From the human T2T-CHM13v2.0 reference genome, Homo sapiens: DNA of 64,000 nt. A program made the translations under genes and the position numbers. The stretch lies in NCBI RefSeq assembly GCF_009914755.1, contig NC_060934.1. One strand, 5' to 3'. Positions 1 to 11,370 of the stretch are shown one piece after another (the stretch's first letter is position 1; each line of letters starts with the position of its first letter). Below the pieces are notes generated by a model that had not been told where the DNA came from, did not search any database, and worked only from the letters and a program-made list of their open reading frames with translations.

Positions 1-3000
1 CAGTATTAGACAGATAATCAAGGCAGAAAATTAACAAATATATTTGGAACCTGAACTTGACACTTAGCCAAATGGACCTAACAGACATAGACAGAACTTT
101 CCACCAAAAAACAACATAATATACATTCTTCTCATCTGTACATGACACATACTATATAATCAACCACACAATCACCCATAAGACAATCCTCAGCATATGC
201 AACAAAATTGAAATCATACCAACTGCACTGTCAGACCACAGCACAATAAAAATGTAAATCAATACTAAGAAGATCACTCAAAATCATACAAATACATCAA
301 AATGAAAAAAGCTACTCCTGGATTACAATGTGGGTAAACAATGAGATTAAGGCAGAAATCAAGGAATTATTTGAAATGAATAACAAAGATACAACACATC
401 AGAATCTCTAGGACACAGCTAAAGCAGTGTTAAACAAAAATAAACAAACCCTAAAGCTAGCAGAAGACAACAAAAAACCAGAGTCAGATCTGAACTGAAT
501 GAAATAAATTAAGACCTGAAAACCATACAAAAGATCAACAAATTTAGTGGTTGTTTCTTTGAAAAAATAAATAAGATTGATAAGTAGGCTACTGAAAAAT
601 AAAGGTCTGAATATCCACAATCAGAAATGACAAAGGGGACATTACTTCCAATTCCACAGAAATACAAAAAAAAAAAAAAAAACCTTCAAGTAATATTACA
701 AACATGTCTATGCACACAAACTAGAAAACCTAGAAAAACTGATAAATTCCTGGAAATACAACCTTGCAAGATTGAACTAGGAAGAAATTGCAACCCTGAA
801 CAGAGAAATAATGAGTTCCAAAATTAAATAAGTACTACAACGCCTACCAACCAGCAAAAGGCTTGGACCAGATATATCCACAGCTGAATTCTACCAGATG
901 TATAAAGAAGAGCTGCATCATTTCTACTGAAACTATTCCAAAAACATTGAGAAGGAGCAACTCCTCCTCACTGATTCTATGAGTCATGCATCATTCTGAT
1001 ATCAAAACCTGGCAGAACACAACAACAATAACAACAAAAGAAAACTTCAAGCCAGTATTCTTGATGGACATAAATCCAAAAATCCTCAGAAACAAACAAA
1101 CAAACAAAAACTAGCAAACCAAATCCAGCAGCATTCTAAAAGCTCATTCACCATGATCAAGTAGGCTTTATCCCTGTGATGCAAGGTTGGTTCAACATAT
1201 GCAAAGTTAGTAAATATGATTCACCACATCAACATAATTCACAACAAATCCACATGTTCATCTCAATAGATGCAGAAAAGTCTGTTGATAAAATTCAGCA
1301 GCCCTTGAGGTTAAAAACCTCCACCAAATAAGGCATTGAGTAAACATACCACAAAATAGTAAGAGCCGTCTATGACAAACCCACCGGAAATATCATACTG
1401 AATGAGCAAAAGCAGGAAGTGTCCCCTGCTGAGAACCAGAGGAAGAAAAGAATGCCCACTCCTACCATTCCTATTTAACATAGTACTTCAAGTCCTAGCC
1501 AGAGCAATAAGGCAAGGGAAAAAAAATAAAAATATACAAATAGGAAGAGAGGAAGTCAAACTGTCTCTATGTGCAGATTATATGATTCTATATGTAGGAA
1601 ACCCCATAGTCTCTGCCCAAAAGCACCTAGATCTGATAAACAAATTCAGAAAAGTTTTAGAATACAAAATCAATGTACAAAAATCAGTAGCATTTCTATA
1701 CACTAACAACATCCAAGATGAGAGCCAAATCAAGAAGGTAATTGCTTTCACAATAGTCACAAAAACGTAAAATACCTAAAAATATAGTTAACCAGGGAGG
1801 CAAAAGGTACCTATAATGAGAATTACAAAACATTGAGGAAATAAATCAGAAATAACATAACGGGAAAAACATTCCATACTCATATATAGCAAGAATCAAT
1901 ACTGTAAAAAGTGCAATACTTCCCAAAGCAATTTAAAAGAACAAAGCTGGAGGCATCACATTACCTAACTTCAAACTACAGTGTAAGGCTGCAATAACCA
2001 AAACAGCATGGTATTGGTAAAAAAGCAGACACATAGACCAATGGGACAGAATAGACAACCCAGAAATAAAGCCACACACCCCTACAACCATCTGCTCTTA
2101 GACAAAATTGACAAACAAGCAATGGTGAAACAATTCAGTGTTCAACAAATGGAGCTGGGGTAACTGGCTAGCCATGTGCAGAAGATTGAAATTGGACTCA
2201 TTCTATTCACCACATACAAAAATCAACTCAAGATGAATTAAATACTTCAATATAAAACTCAAAACTTTAGAAACCCTAGAAGATAACCCAAGAAATACCA
2301 TTCTGGACATAGGCAAAATTTTACAATGAAGATGCCAAAAGCAATTGCAACCAAAACAAAAATTGACAACTGGGACATAATTTAACTAAAGAACTTCTGC
2401 ATAGTACATGAAACTATCAAGTGTAAACAGACTTTGATAGTTTGAACTTCTGCATAGTACATGAAACTATCAAGTGTAAACAGACTTTGATAGTGTAAAC
2501 CTACAGAATGGGAGAGAATATTTGCAAATTGTGCCTCTGACAAAGGTCTAATATCCGGAATTTCTAAGGAACTTAAATTAAGAAGCAAAACAAACAAACA
2601 AAAACCACACAAATAAACAACCCATTAAAAACTGGGCAAAAGACATGCAGAGACACTTTCAGAAAGAAGACATACATGCAGCTAACAAGCATGTGAAAAA
2701 CGCTCATTATCACTAATTATTAGAGAAATGTGAATAAAAATCACAATGAGATACCATCTTACATCAATCAGAATGGTTATTATTAAAAAGTCAAAATAAC
2801 AGATGCCTGCATGGTTGCAAAGAAAAGGAACACTTATACCTTGCTGGTGGGAATGTAAGTTGATTAAGCCATTGTGGAAAGCAGTTTGGAGATTTCTCAA
2901 AAAACTTAAAACAGAACTACCATTTGGTTCAACAATCCCATTAATTGAGCACATTCCCAAAGAAATATAAATCATTCTACCATAAAGGCACATGCATGAG

Positions 3001-3449
3001 TATGTTCATTGTAGCACTATTCACAATATCAAAGACATGGAATCAATCAAAATGCCCATCAGTAGTGGACTGGATAAAGAAAATGCAGCACTTATGCAGC
3101 ATGTCATATTACACAGCCATAAAAACAGAACAAGATTATGTCCTTTGCAACAACATTGATGAATGTCATTGTTCTAAGTGAACTAATGAAGGAACAGAAA
3201 ACCAAACACTGCATGTTCTCACTTATAAGTAGGAGCTAAACTTTGAGTACTCATGGACACAAATAAGGGATTCAGAGACACTGATGCCTACTTGAGAGTT
3301 TAGGGTAAGGATTGAAAAACTACTTATCAGCTACTATAATTATTACCTTGGGTATGAAATAATCTGTACATTGCACCCCCATGACACCTAATTTACTTAT
3401 ATAACAAACCTGCATGTGTACCTATGAACCTAAAATAATTAAAAAAAAT
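1..3449 (+). mobile_element. LINE-1, L1PA15/L1PA16-like, degenerate ORF2 plus 3'UTR (5' part outside window)
   Basis: ORF 1402-1770 is an L1 RT fragment ([17 protein letters not shown]...[11 protein letters not shown], a degraded FADD motif). The 3'UTR text 'aaaaactacttatcagctactat...gaaataatctgtaca...aacctaaaataa' is followed by an A-tail at ~3441-3448. Many stops and internal deletions (near ~432 and ~1935). Confidence 0.93.
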
Positions 3450-3519
3450 ACATGCTAAGATTAATCCATATCAGTTATTTCCAGAACTGTCATTTGAATG
3501 TGGTAGAGATATAATTAAT

Positions 3520-3670
3520 ATAATTGAAAGAATAGTTAGAATGCCTGGGTTCAAATTATGGCTCCATCACTTGTTAGATATGCAATTTTGTGCAGTTTAT
3601 CTCATCTCCCCAAACCTCAATTTCATCACATATAAAATATTTTAAGCGTAATATTTCATAGGTTGTACTT
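3520..3670 (+). mobile_element. MIR SINE fragment
   Basis: 'cctgggttcaaattatggctccatcacttgttagatatgcaattttgtgcagtt...aaacctcaatttcatcacatataaaat' resembles the MIR core. Confidence 0.65.
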
Positions 3671-4754
3671 CTTGATCTATAATCAGTTTTTACAACCTTT
3701 TGAATTTGTTTATGACATAAGTGACCATAGCACCACTATTATCCATACCATGAGTTGTTCTACAAAAAGTGCATAGAGACCATTTTCTTCTAGAACAGTG
3801 ATTTGACTATAATAGATTATCATGAACATTTTAAGCTTTATCTGATTTGAAGAATATTTACTTTCTCAAATATTACTTAATATTTACTGGCTCTTGGTCA
3901 GGTGGCATGGATTCACATTTTGATTCTATCATTCACTACTGCATAAGTCTGATAGTTTTACTCAAATTATAGGTGATTATAGACAGGTATCTGATGATGG
4001 ATTTTTTTCAAAAATTTCTGAACAGTATTGATAGATGTGGTATCAACGGTACAGTGAAACTTGCCATTTCTCTTTCTCAGAGAGTGGAGATTAGGCATCT
4101 TAAAAAGAGAAGAGCATATTGAGAGGTAAACAGCATAATTACTCTTAACAGTGAGCCAGATATTTTGAATGCTCAGATGTATAAAGCTGAGTCTCATCCA
4201 ACTAAATATGAATGGTTGTCTGCCTTAGCAGAGTATTTTAATCACATTCATCACCTCCAGAGTAATGCTGATTACAAGGAACTCCATTAAAATAAAATGC
4301 ATTTGATATTCCAAATAGTTTTCATGATAGTATGGCTGAAATATGTACATTTAAATTATCTTTAATATAGAAAACAAACTGATCTTTCTAACTTCCAAGT
4401 CAATACACAACTTACCATCCCCACTTTTAGCTATAACTCAACCCTAGAAAAGTACTGTTAGAAATCAAATATAAAGTAAAAATGAGTGTATTGGGTTTCA
4501 TGTTATTTAGTCAATTATAGGGCTAATAGGCCTATAAGAATTTAAATTGCATTGAAAACTTGAAGAAATATGACATGCAGAGATTATCCTAGTAGATAAA
4601 ATTCCTTAGATGGTATGGGATAGTAATATAAATTTTTAGAATTATTTCCATGTTTCCTACTTTAAGTTTTACACCTACCATACCTGGAGAATAGGATATG
4701 TAGGTATTTGAAGACTTAACCACAGGAAATGGGGGCGAGGAAGACATATTTTAA

Positions 4755-5045
4755 TTTATTTTTTCAATACGGTGTCTCGCTCTGTTGCCCAGGCTGTAGT
4801 GCAGTGGCGCGATCTCGGCTCATTGCAACGTCCGCCTCCCAGGTTCAAACGATCCTCGTGCCTCAACCTCCTGAGTAGCTGGGACTACCAGTGCATGCCA
4901 CCATGCCCGGCTATTTTTTGTATTTTTACTAGAGGCGGGTTTCACCATGTGGGCCAAGCTGGTCTCACACTCCTGACCTTAGTGATCTTCCCACCTTGGC
5001 CTCCCAAAGTGCTGGGATTACAGGCATGAGCCATGGCGCCCAGCC
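4755..5045 (-). mobile_element. AluS element
   Basis: Complete dimeric Alu in antisense. Degenerate TSD aagacatattttaa (4741-4754) / aagacacattttaa (5049-5062). Confidence 0.95.
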
Positions 5046-5839
5046 AGAAAGACACATTTTAAATCTTAGAAAATAAGATGCAGGAAATCCTGTTGAGAAC
5101 ATAGAAGCAATCTTCATGATGTTATACAGACCTACTTCTCTAATATAATTCTAATAGGGTTTACACATGTTAATAGTAAGAGATGTGGAACACTGTAGCT
5201 GTACTTGGTATACTCCTAGAGGCTGACCTCTATAGGTAATAAATGAAACTGGACCATGGACTACTTACCTAAGCTACAGAACCTAGAGTAAATTGAGGTG
5301 GTAGGCTTGCCTGATCAGCCCCAAAGAAGGGTCAGAGAAATTAAGTAAGACTCAACTGACAAAATTTGTTGCAAACTCCAGGGACAGTAAAGTTTCTTAG
5401 GAAAAATGAGTAGTACATCATGCAACAGTAACTTAGTACTATAGATACCACTGTTCTTGCCCAGGTCCATATAAAATTGAGAGGAAAGGAGTCTAAATAA
5501 ATCATATTTTGATATATTTTCCATTGGAAGTAACTTGCTGGTATAGAAACTTGAAATTTGAAACAACTACTTCTGTCCAGTTTGCCATTTGCAACAGCTA
5601 CCAAGACTTTATTCTCAGAAGTTACAAAAATAACAAATGGAGACTAAATAAATACACAAATAATAAAATAATTAAAATAGTAAAAATAAAGCAGCATGTA
5701 GATTTAAGATTCCTGAAAATACACAGCCTATCTGACTTTTTGAAGCCTGCATTTATTTCAAAATAATACAAGGTCTTTCACCAGTACCAAAACTGTTTTG
5801 GGACAGTATTCTGTGATTCTCACTTCATGAAAAACTGGC

Positions 5840-6440
5840 TATTTCATTTCAACAAACACACATTACATGTTTACCAGACATAATGCTTAGGGTTGAGTAT
5901 ACAAAGATAAAAAAAACCACATGCTGGCTGTTTCATCAAATACATAGAAACCTAAAAGAATAAAGAAACCCATAAAGAGATCATTTTAAGAAGGGGAATA
6001 AAGGACATGATATAAACTCAGAGCAGGACTGCTTAGCCCCAGTCACTAGATTGGTCATCACTTTTGGGATGGCATAATTTCTAACATAATCTTTAAATGC
6101 AGGTAATGAGTTAAGTAAGTAAATAAGTCAGAGTTTATCATGTTTTAGCAACAGGAAAAGCATGAGAAAATATATGCAATTATAAAATAACATGCATATG
6201 TTGTAGGAACTATATTCTATATAATTGTAACATAAACATCAAGTTATGCATATTAGTGGAAAAGGCTGTAGAAGCAGGCCAAGACCACGACACAGAGGAC
6301 ATGTTGTATGCCATATGGATAATCACAATAGAGCCAGAGACTTGCTAAATAGAAGTGGAATAAGGCCAGTTTTTTCTTGTGGATAAATCACTATGGCAAC
6401 ATTGCGGAGGGTGAATTTCAAGAGTGCAAGATAAAAAGCA
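5840..6440 (-). mobile_element. L2 LINE 3' fragment
   Basis: 'ttcatttcaacaaacacacattacatgtttaccagacataatgcttagggttgagtatacaaagataa' resembles the reverse complement of the L2 3' end, followed by purine-rich L2-like body. Confidence 0.55.
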
Positions 6441-6902
6441 AAAGGTCATGGCTCATATTTGGTATTATATTTGCATCAAGTAAAATAGACTAACCCAAGT
6501 TGGACTGTGACAAATATGCTGAATCTTACAGAGTTGAATATTTTTTATCCAGATGATAAAACATATAATGTATTGAATGGCAAAAATTCCATCTATGTAG
6601 ATATATAGAAAATGAAGAAAATTTTTGATTAGACATTATATTACATAGATCGGACATTAGATCTGACATTCTATTACAGCAGCCATGTGAATTTTGCAGT
6701 TACATGGTTTTACTGTTTCTCTTTGTTTTCTCTCTTTATAGTCAGGATTTTACCTGAGTATCTAGATTATTTCTCAGCTTTTATTTTACTTAATCTATAG
6801 TGTTGGCCTCCTCTTAGGCCTAAACTGAACTATTTCAAATATCTGACTCCTAATTGTGCAACCTTAAGGCTGTCAGAATCACCCCAATGCAGGCCAGAAT
6901 AA

Positions 6903-6903
6903 C

Positions 6904-6936
<33 letters not shown>

Positions 6937-6942
6937 CGTGTG
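6903..6942. repeat. (TG)n/(CG)n alternating purine-pyrimidine microsatellite
   Basis: cgtgtgtg...gtgcgcgcgtgcgtgtg read directly. Confidence 0.95.
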
Positions 6943-7539
6943 GTCATCTTTATTCTTGGCATGCTTAAATAGATTTTCATAACTGTTCCCTCAGATAACG
7001 AGCAATAATAGCTCTAATGATCTCTGAAAAAAAGGAAACAAAATATCAGAAGCAAACATTTGTTTTCATTATTTTCTCAGAGGAGTTTTACAATTTTTAT
7101 CGCTTGAGTTAGACATCATGTTGTAAAGTGAGTGCCTTAGTTTTAGGGAAGAATAATTCAAGATTGACTATCAAAACCTGACCGTGGATATTTGCTTTAA
7201 ATTCTTACCACCACTGATTATCTTCTTTCATTCCAAAGAAAAAGAAGAGAAAACCAAACAATTCATTACTATATGGAACTTACACCTCCCTCTGATAAGA
7301 AATCAGTTGCTCAAGCACTGAAACAAGATCTTTGCAAATGCATTCTTTTTAGTATTTGAAACTTAATCACATCGTATAGAAACAGAATTTTATACGTAAG
7401 TAAAGAATACTATGATCGGTTCCAAGATTCTCCACTTATTCTTGGATTGATTGAAGAGAGAAGGAAATACACCTACTCCATACATTATTATACATTAATG
7501 AAGAAATACACATTTCCTTCAAAAGTTATACTGCACAAT

Positions 7540-7672
7540 CTATTTAAGCCTCAGTTTTATTTTCTGTAAATGAATATGAGGATAATAATATCAATAACAA
7601 TTGTAATAATATCTACTTCCATTGTTGTTGTGAGGATCAAATGACAGGGGGTCTTTAGTATATGCCTGGCAC
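7540..7672 (+). mobile_element. MIR SINE fragment
   Basis: 'aagcctcagttttattttctgtaaatg...gttgttgtgaggatcaaatga...tgcctggcaca'. Confidence 0.7.
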
Positions 7673-7714
7673 AAGGAAACAAGGAAACACACAAGTCTTA
7701 GCAATTACAAATAA

Positions 7715-7717
<3 letters not shown>

Positions 7718-7753
<36 letters not shown>
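7718..7753. repeat. (TA)n microsatellite
   Basis: About 18 AT units read directly. Confidence 0.95.
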
Positions 7754-7758
<5 letters not shown>

Positions 7759-8990
7759 CACTTTAAAACAATTCTAATACATATTAATGTATAGTTATGG
7801 GAGTAATGTGTGTGTGTGTATATATATATTATTTATGCAGGACATATCTAAAATATATATATTCATAAATATATGTGCAGGACATATCTTAATATGTATA
7901 TAAAATAAGGCTTACATTGAATGAGTCAATAAACACAGAATGAAAGATTGCTGAACTTATGGTTTTACTTTAACCAGATTTTTAGGAATTTTCCACTCAT
8001 GCAATTGACTAGGATAATGTATATGAATGTGTATATGTGTGTAAGTGTTTTTTAACACCTTTATGTATATATATATTACATATTTATATGTAATATATGT
8101 AATAAATATGTACTAGACATGTAATAAATATGTATATATTACATATTTAGATGTGTCCTGCATATATACTTAAATAAAAATATAAATCTGCATCTATATA
8201 CACATTTAAATGTGTCCTGCATAAATGTAGCAATTCACAATGCTACTGACGTGATCCTACCAAGCAAACGTTTGAGTAATCCTTCTTCCTCTAATTGTAT
8301 TCATTCAGATCAATGCAATCAGTCCCACTCAAGTGGACGATCATGCAATGATTCTTTACAAAATTGGTAAATGAAACATCAGTTTTCCTAGTGACAAAAG
8401 CTTGTATCTAAGGGTTTTACAAACACTGAGAAATCAATAAATAGTGCTGGAAAAGTATTGTGAAGGATATTGTTAGTTTCAAAATTAATCATATTTAGTT
8501 TAATATTGTTTAATAATACTGATTAGATTTTTACTGTAGGTTAAATTTCTGAGCGAAGCAGTTCTCTCTCAAGACTATGTTGCCCACCACACAGTTTTAG
8601 AATAGCAGTATATTATGTTATTATTAGCCTATTTATTTTCTACTGGCTGCTGCAGAAAATAAACACCTCTATAATGACCACAGTCTAGATTTCAGCCTGT
8701 GTCAAAAGGATTTTGAATTATACTTCATTTTTAGCTTTTGCTCCCACCCTTTGCACAAAGTAGAAGAGACAGAACAGAAATGTTTTCCTAATTGCTGTTG
8801 CAAGAAATACTTCATCTAGAAAAAAATGAGGAATTAATTTATTTTAGCAGGAAAAAATGAACAATAAAAAATACATAGAGTGAAAAGTTGTAGTCTTCTA
8901 ATACCTCTTTTTTACTTGATGACTCAACTTTTTGGGAGGTTTCTGGGTCTACCACCTAATTATTTTTACTCAAATTTTATTCCTGGAAGG

Positions 8991-9120
8991 AAGATGGCCA
9001 TATGCAGTAATTTATGGTTCAAACCAGAATACTTTTGAGGGTGAGAGCGGTATTGTTAATAATAACGCAGCAGGCATAAACCGGATTGCTTTGGGAAAAC
9101 CAGTATATATGATCACCTGT
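8991..9120. mobile_element. hAT-Blackjack non-autonomous DNA transposon (MER94-like)
   Basis: 'ggccatatgcagtaatttatggttcaaaccagaatacttttgagggtgagagcggtattgttaataataacgcagcaggcataaaccgg...gatcacc', with degraded agggtgacc-type terminal inverted repeats. About 130 bp. Confidence 0.65.
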
Positions 9121-11331
9121 ATATAAGGGACTACAATTTCAGTACTTGACAGCATGGCAACACTCTATTTAGCAATGTTTTAGGTTTATTTAATGGTCAC
9201 TTCCCTTGCCATGTGGTAATTACATCTGCTAAAAGGGTAAGAGGCTGCTTGCTGTCACAACTCAGGCTATTCACATACTTAATAGACCTGAACAAATACT
9301 CAGAAGAGTTTCATTGAATAGCTGTGTGTACCATTGAGATAATCTATCATTTAACGTTTCAAACAAAAATGATATCTTTCCTCTGATACTTCAAGTCATT
9401 GCAACATATCAGTAAAACAGCATTAAGGAAGTGTTGATAACATATCTTTTGAATGCTGATAATGTGACTAGGTCTAGTGACATCTTTCATATATTTAATC
9501 TGACAAACATGAACATACAACACTTGAAAATAAGAGGACTTCTTGATTTATAGGGAGTATATTGTCACTATGAGTTTTTTCATGCCATAGATATCCATTC
9601 CTAGGGCAAAACAATAAGGACAACGTACAAAATCAAATCTGCTCATGTATCACATGGATGAAAACTAAGGAATCATAGAATTCTGAGTAGGTATAGACCT
9701 TAAAGTTCATTCTATTTTCCAACATTTTATTAAAAATAATCACCTTTATAATATCCATAATTTATGAGTATATTTTTCTGACTATAAATGTCCAAAAATG
9801 TCGATAAATTCCTCAAAAGAAAGCCCAGTTGAAAATATACAGGAGTTTATTCATTCAACCTTAATTTGAAAAACTAATAAAAGTTATTATTTTTTAAACC
9901 TTACTTCTAATGTCTTGAACAATGCTGTAGAGTTTACTCAGATTTTAAAATTATAATCCTTAAGTAGTGGGACTAAGCAAACCTGTATTAAACCATTTTG
10001 CAATGTATAATATCTTCTATTTCTATAATTATCATGGATTAACTTCCAGATATGTCATAAGTAATTGTATTGAGATTTGTATAATGTTTAATTGCTTCTG
10101 AGTTTTCTGCCTTTGATTATACAAATGAATATTACACATCCTTAAATTCTGAAATACTTACAGGTATTTCTCGTATATACGTAGTAGTGTAATTTGTTCC
10201 CTGAGGCACTCCTAAATTTGAATGTAAAGAGTATAGAAATTACTTTTTCCCTTTACAAGGTACAATTTAATTATCAATTCTTTTCCTTTACTTAATCTTC
10301 AAAGTTTCAAAAAGGGAGAGACAAAGAAAATCTATTGTCAGCAGAAAAATGAATATTTAAAAAAGCAGAAAACATCACTGGGTAGTTAGGCTAAAAGAAA
10401 TAATCTGTTCTCCAAGTTCAAACAAAGCATTTCGAAATTCATTGTTTTAAGCATTAATTTATATTGTTAAATTTTAAAAGAGATTTAAAAAATCATAACA
10501 GCTAAGACACAACAAGCAGTAGAAGAGACATATGAAGAAATACTACACTGATGGAAGAGACAATGATGAAAAGAACATGTCATTTGAAGCAGGATTGTGA
10601 TAAGGAGAGTTTTGAAAAAGTTTGAGTGCTATAGAAAATGTCTCATATTTATAGCAGAGGTTAGAAAGAACTCAGATGTCAATGCAAATAATGGAATTAT
10701 AGGTTGATGGGTGCACCCTGTTCTCCAGCTGGAAAAAGTGTAGTTGGGGCTTTGGGTGTACAAAACTAAGGGGGCAGTAATTTAGTTCATATAGCCACGG
10801 AAAATAACATTCTAAACTAGAATTGGAGGCTACATTTAGCACCCCCTAAGATGATGAGAAGAGCTAACCAACTGGGTTGAAGATTGGTACCAGTTTAAAC
10901 TGAAACACTAGAAAGAATTAATCATCTTATGAGTTATAGCAAGATTCATGTCCTAAATTTTAATTATCATAATAATTTTAAACAGATGGATAGTTTGGAT
11001 AAACTTTGAACTTCACTATGCAGTAAAACAGATTTTAGTATTCCATGTTTTAAATAGACCTGTAAGAGATGTATGATAGAAAACGTTGGCACAGATGAAA
11101 ATTACGAAGATAGCTTTTAATTTCTACCTCAAATTTTTAAAAGATTATCTCTTTATGCCATAGGTAATGGGCATCATAAATCACTAGCTGCAAAAGCAGG
11201 TAAGTGTGAACATTCCTTCAATGCCTTGGCATAAATCTAGAACAGTTATTTCTTTAGACTTTATTTCATAGAATTCATTCAATTTGGCATGTGTTCATAG
11301 ATGTGGCTGTTTGTAACTGAATGAAGTTAAA

Positions 11332-11370
11332 ACACACACACACACACATACACACACACATACACACACA
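11332..11370. repeat. (CA)n microsatellite, interrupted
   Basis: Read directly. Confidence 0.9.

Noticed and set aside
5261-5500. Strong minus-strand donor TAG|gtaagt at 5269/5268
   Set aside because: No single convincing acceptor. The longer candidate exon has stops, and isolated donors are common.
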